64,000 bases of DNA from Marsupella aquatica (Eukaryota > Plantae > Marchantiophyta): NCBI GenBank assembly GCA_973895155.1, contig OZ316899.1, positions 4,901,241 to 4,965,240 on the forward strand, read 5' to 3'. This document shows, piece by piece, positions 50,113 to 61,476 of the stretch. The notes under the pieces are model-generated. The model saw only the letters and a list, made by a program, of their open reading frames with translations, did not search any database and was not told the DNA's origin. The position numbers were made by a program, and so were the translations under genes. Within the stretch, counting starts at the first letter, position 1, and the number at the start of each line of letters is the position of its first letter.

Positions 50113-50415
50113 CTCTGATTTTGCGGTGAGGTTGGAACGTTGAGACCGTTGAATGTATATGGTTCTGGGGGCATGGATGCCCTCTAGATGGTTATTAGGT
50201 TGTGTGGTCGTCCTCTTTTGCTGTTAGGTGTCACCGGGGAGATTAATTCCCTGCTTGATATGGGTTTGAGGTAGTTTTTGGTGGTTTGGTCCTCTGTTTT
50301 GTCTGGGCTGTCTCCCGGGAATATGTTCTGTTTGTGCGCCCTCCCCGTGGGGCTTTTCACGGGGGGACTGAAATATATTAAATGGCTACAATTCCAAGGA
50401 AGATTGTCAGACACA

Positions 50416-50653
50416 AGGCCCGCTTGTGGCCAAAGGATTTACTCAGATCCCTGGCAAAGACTACGACCTCACCTATTCACCCGTCATGGACGTGATTACA
50501 TATAGATACTTAATAGCGTTTGCAATCCACCATAAACTAACAATGCATCAACTGGACATTGTCACTGCTTACCTATATGGACATCTTAACACCATTATCC
50601 ACATGGAAGTCCCCCCTGAATTACTGACCAGAGTTCATTACCATATTCAGGGG
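50416..50653 (+). pseudogene. Continuation of Copia RT after the L1
   Basis: AKGFTQIPGKDYDLTYSPVMD...HQLDIVTAYLYG. Confidence 0.9.
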
Positions 50654-52031
50654 CGCTAGGTCTCCATAGCAAGTGAGCGAACTGCTCCAATTGATGCTCC
50701 TTGAGATAGTCCGCATGGTCGGGTTTCTTGATTGCTGTCTAGACTACCTTGGGGATGCGGATTACCTATAATAAGTTAGGCTATTGATTATCCGAGGGCC
50801 GTCGGGTCTGGTTGGTTGTGGGGTTGGCCGGGATAGGTGCAGGGGCGGCGTTGGTTTGCGTTGTCGGTTTGGGGGCCGGCATCGTCCTTGCCCGCTTCCG
50901 AGAACGCTGCTCAAGTTGCGGACTAACACGCTTGGAATGCGAGGAACACTCGGTGTTGTTCACGGGATGGACTTGGGACTGGTTTGGCGGTACGCCGGTG
51001 GTCATTGGCTGAGAGGTTGGGGGTGGTGTCGGGGTAGCCATATCCCAGATGAAGGCGTTGGAGCTTTCCCCAAGGAACGTAAGATTGCGCGCCGCTTCCC
51101 GTTGTCTGCTCATGTCATCTTCACGCTTCTCGGCTGCAATTTGCTGGTCAATGTATCCCGGGATTTTGTTGAACTCCACTGGAGTCAGCCTCTGGCTGCC
51201 CCACAGCCTAAAGAACTTTGCGGGGACTTCAAGAATTGCCTCTGCTACCGATCTAAACCCCTCCTTGCTGATATATAACTTGATGATGCAACTTGTTGTA
51301 GCTGGAATCCCTGGTGATGGCTGTCTTCTCACAGTTAATTTGTGCTACCTTAGCCACCAACTTTGCATACCTTCGTTTGTAAGCGGCTTTCTTGGGGCAA
51401 GAATACCAGTAAGTCTCGGAGAACTTAGCACCTACCTTGCCAAACAAGGTCCAAAATCCCAAGGCTGTAAGGGTCATACTAACCTTTGTAGTCTGGTTCG
51501 TCAAGTTTGCGTTCCCACTCGGCAGTTTTGCTTGCTGGTGGCGGCCTTACTCGCCCTGACTAAATCCCGCCACAATCCGCTCTTGCCCTTCAATAATTTC
51601 CTCGTAAAAGTTAGCTCAATTCGAGCAAAAGGCAAGAGGGAATGGCAGCGTCCACGGATTCCAAAAGGTATGATCAAGCAAATGGGCCGCAGCGCCATTG
51701 ACTTAGCTCTTATGGGGGGTGCCAGGGTGAGCTCGAGCGTGAGAAGGCAAGGCCATTTTGGTCATTGATAATGGCCCGAAGTTGGGTGTCTCCGTCCAAG
51801 CGTGATCTCCTAATGGATTTTTACTCCACCGCCGCCACCGTACCTTGGTCAATCGTAATAATCCCCTTTCCTTAATTCATAATCATTCAGTCAACTAACC
51901 TACTCCTAATCTATTCATAATGGCAAAGACGGCTATTTGTGCTACTCTATGCTACGGCTACGGTCCTAATGACCATATAAGCCCTAATCTAGGACTTGCG
52001 TTTGGTTAAGTGACACGTTATCCGTGTCACA
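50654..52031 (-). mobile_element. Truncated LTR (element D), starting TGTGAC at 52031, inserted in LTR C and containing a decayed ORF
   Basis: Same terminal hexamer as the A and B LTRs; interrupts LTR C right after TTAGTATTTAGTGCAC; colinear minus ORFs 51501-51698, 51253-51504 and 50781-51332. Confidence 0.6.
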
Positions 52032-55000
52032 GTGCACTAAATACTAACTAAGAGCCGTGGCCAGGAGTGGTCACGCGCTCAAATTGTAACCTAAGCTAAT
52101 CCTAGCTAAATGCCAGCCTGCAAAATAGTCATTACTCTAAAAGATTAGGCTAAGAAATGGTCGGCGCCATTCTAACTAATTCCGGCGCTCGTTGGTAGTG
52201 TCCTACTCCTATGGCTAAACATGAGCTACTCTAAACTATTGGCGCCGCCTAATGCTTGGTGCGCTTGTGAGATCCGTCTGAGTGGGACTTGGACTGGTTC
52301 TCCCGCTGCCTCCTTAGCCGATCAACGTCCTGCTTGAGGATTTGGACCTGGTCCAGGAGAGACTCATTCTCCCTCTTTGCCGCGTCCGTCTCCTCTATGG
52401 CCTCCTGACATGCCTCTTCCAGTTGCTGACCGTCGCTTGTCAGCTTGGCCACCAGTTGGTTCTGGTCAGCGGCCTCGTGTTGAAGACGTGCCACCTCCGC
52501 CTTCAGTGCATCGACCTTGATAGCATCCCTTTGAGCTCAAACCTCGGCCTCCTCCACGTCCTTTTGCCAAATTACAGCTTGTCCCTTCAGGCTGTCAATC
52601 TGGGCCCAGAGCCGTGCAATTTCAGCGTCTTTCCCGGCTTCAGCCTGCTAGGCCAAGGCTAACCTAGCCTCAGTGTTGGCGACTTGGGCGAGAGTGGTTG
52701 TAAGTTGAGGATGGAGGCGTTGTAACTCGATATCCCAGTCCGAGGCTTCATTCAAGAGTTTGGTTACCTTGGCCCGATACCGCTCAATCTTTGTTGTGGC
52801 TTCAACCTGGGCCCGTCCTGCTTTCACCGCTACCACCAGCTCCGTGCTAAAGAAATAGGCCACCTTGCGGGCCATGAACTCACCCATTTCCCAACTAATC
52901 TGTTGGGAGAAGTCCCCCAGCAGCCCATTCAAATATGTACCCGGTGCAAAGATTTCTGGGTTTACTAAGTTGTGCCCGCTCGAGTTTGGGCAAGGGCAGA
53001 CCTCTACTCGGGAAGAGGCTGGGGTGGTCACGTCTAGCTCAGAGGCATGATGGCTAGCAAGGTCGAGGCGTCTTGGCAGAGGGTCTATTGGCATTGGTGC
53101 AGATGGTACCGCGCTTCCCTTCAAACTGATGGCCGCGGCCATGGGGCCAACTTCGTCTTGCTCAACAGTTGTTGCACGGGCCTGGTTTAGGGTCTCTAGG
53201 GTTGCAATCACCACCAAGTCTAGCACCAACAAAGGTGCCTCAATGGCCTGTGGTGGGGCCGGGGTGGGCGCTACTGGTGTTGGGGCCCAGGATTTGGGCT
53301 GCGGCCATCATTCCACCATCGGAAAGACCCACCGGGACGGTATGAGCTTGGGCTTGTTGAGCCATGGAAGGGTTTGGCGACCGAAGTAGGCGTACCACTC
53401 GATGATAATCTTGATGTGGCTTGCAAGGTATGCCTTCCCTCCAAGGTACAAGGTCTTCCTTTGGCGCTCCATCTCCTCGTGGAACTTCTTGACGAAGAAG
53501 GAAGCCCACTTTCTAGGCCGATAGTTCTTGACCTGGATGACCTGGGCGGCGGATATCTCGCCCCGTGGCTCCATCACGTGGAGGGCGTACCGCTAGAATT
53601 ACAGCCGCTCTGCAATCTTTGGTATGAGGCACGTCCTCATCAAGAAGCCATTGTCCACCAAACCCTTTGGGTGGGAAGCTCAAGGATTGGTACTTTGCTC
53701 CTTTGCCCCCTGGGCCAGTGATTCCACCCGGTTTTGCCCCTCGGGTAGGCTGAAAATGAGCGTAAGTTGCTCCTCATTCAAAGACATTACCCATCCATGC
53801 GCACGGGTCTGTTGTCGGGTCTCATCGAACATCTGGATGAACTCCGTCATGTCTTGCCCGTAGTACCTGCAAGTGTTCCAAGGGAGGCGGCGAGATGTTC
53901 AAACCCTTGCGTCTTTAGATACGCTACATGCTTTGGATGGATACGCTACATGCTTCTTGTGAACACTCTCCCCCATGCGATGCATGGTCAATTTGGCCAT
54001 GGCTACGGCGGCCATTGGTAGACCGGATACTGCAGCTGGTTCCTTCCTCTTATGTCCCTGAGAGCTGTTGCCAGGATGGCTCGTAGAAGGGGACATCTCC
54101 TCATCCTTCCTATCCGGTAGGGGTAGCGCAACCGCCGTCAAAACTGGTGCCGGGCTGCTACGGTTACCGTGTGATCGATTGGAGCCGTCTCTCGGATCCG
54201 GGCTTGTGCGGGTGGCAACATGTTTCCCGGCCCGTGTTGGCCTGCCCCTCGTGGTCTCTGGTTCAGGGGAGGGTGAGCCTCCTCATCCTCAAAACTGATG
54301 TTCATCGCGTTTACCACGGATTGTACCCGGAGGGGTGGTGCAACCGGTGGTGGAGATTGGCTTGGCCAAGGCCGAGGTGGTGTCTATGAAGGTGCCAATG
54401 GGTTGGCAGCGGTTGTAGCTGAAGAAGGAGCCATAGGATTTAGCAAGTCTGAGGGGAAGCCAAGTGATGCCAGAATAGATGACTCGCCCGTATTTGTATT
54501 GCCGAATTGATAGTCTATGGAAGCCTAAACTTGAAGACCTCATCCGGAATCGTGAAGACCTCATCCGGAAGCCGAAGGAGCGCTTCCCTAAAGCTGAGGT
54601 ACTTTGTACTGTCAAAGAAGAATTTGGCAATCTCATCGTCTCAACAAAACTTTCTCCAAAATAGGAGGCTGAAGTCATTGTTGTAGTGAGAGCGCCCGAC
54701 TAGATGGATGAGTCGTTCATACTGTCTTTTGGTTTTGTACTGGTGCGGGTTGAATTTGGCCAACAACTTTGCTAGGTGATTTCCAGTGGATAGAAATTGA
54801 AGCCAAAAGTGAAGGGCCAAACTGGACATAATCATGACAGACATACAGGGAATGGCGGTGGATGACTAAGGAGAAAATGGGCAAGCTGGGATCAAAGCTG
54901 GCTCAAGGAGTGAAGTGCTGATGCAACACAAGAGAATGGCTTGCCTTTTATACCCATAGGGCTCGTCGGCTGATCGGCCCCTCCTCCTTTCTGATAGGCC

Positions 55001-55189
55001 AATCCTTTCAGGCTTACAATGTACTGGCCACTCCGCAGGTCCGGATCAGGGTGTGTCAGTGAGCCGCCTCCTCGATTTGTTATACGGACCTGAGGGAGAC
55101 ATCCATAGCACGCTTGTAACCCGGCGGTACAGGTGGCGCTCCACTGCCAGCTTGAGCGTAACTGCTTCTTATTGACTAATGAGGGTAAT
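52032..55189 (-). mobile_element. Diverged relative (element C) of the 4-kb LTR, reverse strand, both ends interrupted
   Basis: Shares CATTAGTCAATAAG, GGTATAAAAGG and TTAGTATTTAGTGCAC with LTR A and B, and encodes the same protein. Confidence 0.88.
52249..54844 (-). pseudogene. LTR-embedded ORF, diverged copy
   Basis: FWLQFLSTGNHLA..., MEPRGEISAAQVIQV.NYRPRKWAS.F.KKFHEEMERQRKTLY, VEVCPCP, KLTSDGQQLEEACQEA, ...HKRTKH*. Confidence 0.85.
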
Positions 55190-55883
55190 TGTAACGTGCG
55201 AGCAAACAATAGAATTTTTGCTTGCACAGGCAAGTTTTCCCCTTGTATTGGGGCCCAAAAAAAGGTCTGGAATCTTCCTTGCTAGCATGAAGACCCCGTT
55301 TGATCATTAAATAATGACACAAAAATGACATAAGAAATGCGTAACAATGAGCATTTTCTAGTCCCTTGAATGCACTAGATCCATTTATGATCATTCAAAA
55401 TGACATTTTCTTCAGGCCAGCAAAATTGCTAGTCTAATGACGCCAACACATTCAGCCACTCACACGAGGTACGGGCTCCACGTACAGGCTCCCACATGTG
55501 AAAATTCCAACCCGAGGCAAAGAAACAGAGAAAAAGTACTATGCAATTCCCGTGTGACAAGAATCAACGTGTCATTACAATTGAGGCAAGGAGGATTAAG
55601 GCCGTTCGACAACTAATCAAGTCACTTGCGAGTGAACGGGACAATTACCGTTCAAACCGGAGGCAAACCCAAGGCAAAATGTCCACTTAAACAAATCCAG
55701 TCACCCAAAACCCACTAGTCTTCCGAATCATTCTCCCGATCACTTCCACCGCCTCTGTCTCGAGCTCGTTCATTCGGAACTGCTATCAGTGTTCCAAGTC
55801 CTCAACGCTCACCAGATCCAGTTTAGGTACGCGCGGGTCTATGGCTCTGAGTTCTTTTCAGGGAAAGAACTCTCCAAGAAGGC

Positions 55884-56399
55884 ATGGCATTCATAGTGTT
55901 TCATCATGAAAAGTGTTTCCATTTGACGAATGTCGTTCTTTTTAATCATTGTTTGGGTTTCGTAAGTGCAGAGAAATGTCAGGGGTTCCAAGCAATCCTC
56001 CTCAGGGGAAATGGCATTTTGAGGTCCGTTGTTACAACCCTGGACGGCCCTCTAGAAGATGACTCTCCACCAAAGCGCCAACCCAATGCCGACACTATGA
56101 AGGTCTCCGTAGATAGCAGTGTCCCAACTGTAGTAGGTCAATCTGCTGGATCGTCATCATCATTGAGGAGAACACCGACTCCTCCAAAGTCAGGTCTAGC
56201 CGCGAAGTCTCCACCAAAGCCGAAGGTGGATGTCACACAGCGCGAGGCCGTATCAAAGAGGAAGAGGCTGGCAGAAGAGGAGCAGTGTTGGATTGATAGG
56301 GAGATCCATGACTACTGGACCAAGGAACGCCTTGCCTCTTTGGATTACAATTTGGAGTCAAACACTGACTCCGATGCATACAAGGCGGGCAGCCCCTGA
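55884..56399 (+). other. Possible small accessory ORF or exon of the MULE
   Basis: Open frame with a Ser/Pro-rich segment and a KRKR motif; no recognised domain. Confidence 0.3.
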
Positions 56400-57100
56400 G
56401 TGGAGAGTCAGGTTATGGGTTTACTGAAATTTTTGTAGTTTCAAAAGCATGACATGTACTCATGTACTTTCAATATGTATGAGTAGTAAAGTTTGTGTGT
56501 TCCTGTCTTTTCTCTGTGTTGTCCTTGAATTACATTTTGTCCATAGTACGTTTATTTTTGCCCCATTTCCCTTGAATATGTCTTTTATTTGGGAGACACA
56601 CATGGACCCTTCTCAGACTAGCAATATCGCTAGTATAGGACTGACTATACATTTCAGATTAATCTTCTATGGGTTCATCTTAGATAATCCATTCAACAGA
56701 GTATTACTCAACAACTGCAGTGAACACATTCCTTCACAAGAAACATCCAGGCACTCTACAGTAACGAATATTGCTCATATTGCATCCTAAACTCCATTGC
56801 TCAGACTAGCAATCTTGCTAGCAAAATACAAACTTCATTTTGATCATCAAAACTTCAACTACATAGATCCTTGTCCATAGGAGAACATGGCTGGAAGTCT
56901 ATGTTTCTGTCCTGATGTTTAAGACTAAGACTAGCGAGATCGCTAGCCATTAACAACAAACATAAACACCATATAATATAACATTATGGACCTCGATAAC
57001 ATTATGGGGATTCACTTGGTGAAAACAGATTGGTATTTGTGAAACCACTACCTCGAGTAATCCTTCCCACCACCCTATAATTAGCATCTCCAATAAACGA

Positions 57101-60100
57101 CTAGTCCCCTATCTGTAACGGAATTAAACTCCTCACTTCCCCAACAGTCAGAATTGGCTGTTTGACAAGGTCGTCCCTCTCCAAGTTGAGTGAAAACTTG
57201 TTTAAATACACCCACAACAAATGTTTACGAGACATGTATGGTTTCCCTCGTGTATGCCTCTTATAAAAGTCTTCACAAGAACACGATGGGAAACAACAGA
57301 TTTGCACCCAATATGTGTGCGGAACTTGTGAATCAGTCTCGTGAGTGGCGATCAAGTATCTCCAACCCCATCCATTTCCTGTAGTTACCTTCTCATTTCC
57401 GACAACTCTCATGTACTCTTGTGTAGCGGAAACAATGCGCTTGAGCAACTCTGGAGTATTGCTAAAATGCTGCCGTGCACCCTTACCATTTCGGGTTTTC
57501 AACCAACGGTCCACATTAGTTAGATCGATTCGTTTGGGGAATGAGTTAACACAATTTGTAGGTTGACCCGATTGGGGGAGAACTCCCCAACTTCTTTTGC
57601 ATCAACATAGGACAGTCCACTGATCTGGAATCCTAATCCCAGCAGAAAATCTATCTCGGGATGGGAGAGGCAAGTCCCATGTTGAACCTTGAGCGACTCG
57701 GGTGGGGGGGTAGTTGAGCTAGAGTTCTGCGTCCTCGGCTCTTGTGACACTTATTGTTAGGACAGAAGTACAACAACTGGCGACGTGGAGACAATAATTG
57801 CAACCCGTGAATGGCGACTCCAACAATACCCCCTTGCGTGGACTTACATCTAGTCTCCTTGATGAGATTTCTACATTCATCTCTTCCAAAAATGATTCGG
57901 TCAACCGACCCGTTGCAAACTGGTCCAGCACCTCTACCGCTCCGCCTGAGATGCCAGGTCCCATAAGGAACATCAACCTCTCGGATGGAAGGGATCCTTT
58001 GGGGGGCATCCCGATGGTCGTCCCCGACATCATGCGAAGGTTGAGTCCCCATCTACTCGGTATCATGGACATTACGACTTGCATCATTGTCATCTGAAAT
58101 ATGGATAACTCTAGGAGAGCAACCTCCAACAGGAGTTCCCAAAGTAGTGTTCCTTGCTATTTCTGGATCCGCAGAAGTCTCCAAAACATTGACGAAGCGG
58201 AATTCAGGATAGAGGTTACGCCTTTTTAGACCTGACGGATCTAAGCTGTTGTGCATGACACATTGTCATGTTTGTGGGAGTCATTCTCGTGGATTGTAGC
58301 TGAAGCTTTCCCTTTCCTCTTCGTGGATGTTGTTTGGATATCGCCATGTAATGGTACTGTTCTATAGAATTCATACTTAGCTTAAGACTCAAGCAAAAGA
58401 TTTGCTGCCTTTTTGTAAGCATCCATTGATCCCATAGCCTCCGTGTTCCTATATGCTAACTCAAAAATGGTAGGCCCTGGCCCTTGTGAACACCTTCACT
58501 GTAGGCAATAAATGCAGCAATTTGCCCCGCAACACGATTCTGGTCCACCTCACATGCTTCAATCAATCCCACTAGTTTCTTCATTTGGCAGGATCTCATG
58601 GATGCATGGACTGATTCCGCTCCAGTACAATTTGGCATCAAGGTTGACTCCATTGCGGTTTGCGTCTGCGAAAAAGTCCCCCGTCAGAAACGGACCTGAT
58701 ATGCTAGCGAGGTCGCTAGCAAAAAACAATGACGTCAAAGAGAAAGGAAATAGGACACTTACTACGCGGATGAAGTTCCCCCACTGCCTCCACCTCACTA
58801 CCCACCAAGATATCCAATCCTTGGAGAGATTTCAATTTCCCAGCATAGCAGTTGCCTTCCTTCCACCAACGATGGATTTCATCGGCAACTCGGTATGCCT
58901 GAACATATGTTGGTGCTGTTCTCAGCCTTTCCCACATTTTATAGTGCTCCCGATGCCAATTTTCCCGAATACCCTCCAATGTGTGCCGACGAAGAGATTG
59001 AGCAAAGTGAAAGGCGTCACTATGCTCCTTCTCTGGGTGACGGACCCCTCCAAAAAAAACAGTCCAAATGACAATCCATCCAGCCTCGGCATTATCGGCA
59101 ATAAATCCTCCAATGAGTGGGTCATGCACATCATGATCAGAGGCAACTTCAATCATATGTCTCCATGCCGTTTTGAGAGACAAGGGGTCCTACGCACGGA
59201 GCTCACAAGTGAAGCTGGTACAAAGGGACCTGTAATTATGGTCGTACACATGGGTGCTGAAGGTCAGCCACCCAATGCTTATTCTCCGCATCACATCAGA
59301 ACTGACCCATGCTCCTTCCAGCTCACCTCCACTCCTCATCTGCCTGAGAATATCGACACTAGAAGCTGGGCCATTGGTACTCATTTTGAATACATGAGCC
59401 TGATCGGTCTTGCTCCCCTGGCCAGAGAAAAGGTACCTCTGAACGTAAGGAAAATTATTCTGGGCTTGCATCTCACGAAATGAATCCAACTCACCTTTTT
59501 TTGGGTTATCCATTTTCACGCTCTGGAATATGGCCTGGAATTTCTCAACAGTGGACACGACCTTCGTCGATTGGACCCAAATCTCTCTCTCTTCTTCTTT
59601 TGATAGTTCTGAAGAAGACTCTCGATGCAAAAGAGAAACCAGGTTTCCTATAGACTTGTTAAGAACACGCCCTGGCGTACACACGGGATTCGCTTTATGA
59701 ACACCATAAACTATCTCCTCCGCCTGCTTTTTTGCCAATCGAGATTTCCCTTTCCAAACAATGTGGTCATGGAAACCCATATGAACAGCCAATCGAGACA
59801 TATGTTTCGCAACATTTGACTCAAGAGACGGCTTAGGATAGACGTACAAAAGTTTAGCCGGACATTCGTGGATGCAGAGAGCCTCTCCTCACAAAATCCG
59901 CACACCAACCCTCCTTCCTCCACAAGCTCACCAAGATGGAACGGCTCAGTAAATTGTCCCTTTCCTTGGAAGGAAGAGTCATTTTTTGAACCGGTGTGCT
60001 TCAACTTTCTACAGAGCAGATTTTGACATTCAAGTACACCAGCACATCTTACTTTCGACACAGACCAGTGGTTGTGGGTTTGAGATTAGCTGAAGTTGTG

Positions 60101-60788
60101 AGAAGTCTCGTCCATGGGTAGCCGTCATTATCCCTATCCATGTCCTGAAGACCATATCCTTGATGAAATTGACCTTCGACTGGAGGAAGCTCAAAAACGC
60201 AGTTCCCGTTGTATGAAGTAGGCAAAGTCTGCACTTGAATCTCCTTCCAAACATTTCCCCTCCGGAAATTCGCCAACTCGCTTGACCCAGTAATATTGAG
60301 GAAGGCATCATATGCACTTACTCTATAGAGAACTGGCTGAGATTGAAACTCGTTTTGACTCACCGCTTCAAAAATGGCTTTCTCAGAAGACTTTGTAGAG
60401 ACAGAAGAGAGATCCCGACCCACACTCTCAGAGGAGATGTCGATAATTTTGGGTACTGCAAGTGATGGGCAAGTCGGCGATTCTGGATCTGAAACATTGA
60501 TATGTGCAATGTCATCCTTACATGAGACTAGCTCTACAACTGACCACACTTCAGGTCCCAAGCTCTCTGTGGCAATATTCATGAACCATCTGGCACCTCG
60601 TGACTTCTGGATCCATTCCGAGAGTAAAGAAGGAACAACTTCTAGATGAAATCATCTTCCAAAAGCCCAAACCTCAATGAGAGGAAAGACTCCTTGATAG
60701 AGCTAACATTATTCTCCGGAACATCCAGAACAACAACATCACCCGTCTTCTTTCTCTCGATCACAACCTTCAACCCCATAGAAGACAT
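57101..60788 (-). pseudogene. MULE transposase with C-terminal SWIM zinc finger, decayed
   Basis: VFELPP..DGYPW..CAGVLECQNLLC; AWVSSDVMRRI; GFIADNAEAGW..VF..SDAFHFAQSL (decayed CxxH); FPSCSCEDF..RKHLLWV (SWIM); probable intron ~58668-58760. Confidence 0.82.
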
Positions 60789-61476
60789 GTTGACAATCTA
60801 CAACAATCCTAAAATGTGAGATACTTTGCTCTCCTCTTTCTCCAAATACATATGAGAAAATGTGCTCCTGTTGGTGTTTGACTCAACGTATTTATTTAAT
60901 AAATGCCTCTTCTTCCCATTACCTAACTGTTATTTTGTCTTATATGAAACTATTTAAGGAATGATAAAGCTAGCAATCTCTCTAGCTCAATCAACCATGT
61001 AAAATGGTTCAAAAATGGACAAAACACCATTCACGAGTTTGTGGATTTAGTGACCAGTTTTTGGCTAGCGATGTTGCTAGCAAAAATATTTTCTCATAAC
61101 TGACCATTATGACCGTTTATATCCGTTGGAATTGGTCAACGGGTACCTCAATGTCAATCGTATGGTACAGTACAAGACACATGTCTCTCTGTTATTAGCT
61201 ACATTTGTTCAGTCGTGAGTTTGGTTCATCATATTTTTTAAAAGTACATGTATACTTGACGGTGTCTGAAAAATGATTGTGAAGAGCGTCGTACAGAATA
61301 TCTGCATCTCTTTTCACAACTGGGCGCTGCATTCAGGTGAAAGCAACATACGAGGGTACGATTCTGTCTTTGACTAGATGATTGATTCTTGGGTTGCAAG
61401 GGTTTCTTTACGTTTGCAAAGCGTGTCGCCCTCGACCTTGACTTGTTCATACCCTTATCACGTCACGGACCCGCTG

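Larger units (their letters stand above)
42977..50399 (+). mobile_element. Full-length L1-clade LINE (~7.4 kb)
   Basis: 16-bp TSD AAGATTGTCAGATACA (42961-42976) / AAGATTGTCAGACACA (50400-50415); removal restores the Copia RT sequence GKIVRYKAR. Confidence 0.95.
39540..50653 (+). mobile_element. Second Bianca-like Copia element: 5' LTR to mid-RT, interrupted by an L1 and 3'-truncated
   Basis: LTR TGTTG...GAACA at 39540-39685; PBS CATTATCAGCACGA; gag knuckle CYRCGTKGHIKKTC; PR CILDSGTSHSI; INT WHRRLGHPG, IHADVCG, LRIDNAGEF; RT YKWTFVKKRN / LDIVTAYLYG. Confidence 0.92.

Noticed and set aside
50650-50662. GGCGCTAG resembling the Gypsy PBS at the Copia truncation point
   Set aside because: Only 8 bp, with no upstream LTR on that strand; more likely chance at a deletion junction.
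58512-59483. 323-aa plus-strand ORF (also 8515-9204, 10472-11116, 45239-45904 and 51049-51768)
   Set aside because: These are antisense or off-frame shadows of real coding regions, with no recognisable motifs.
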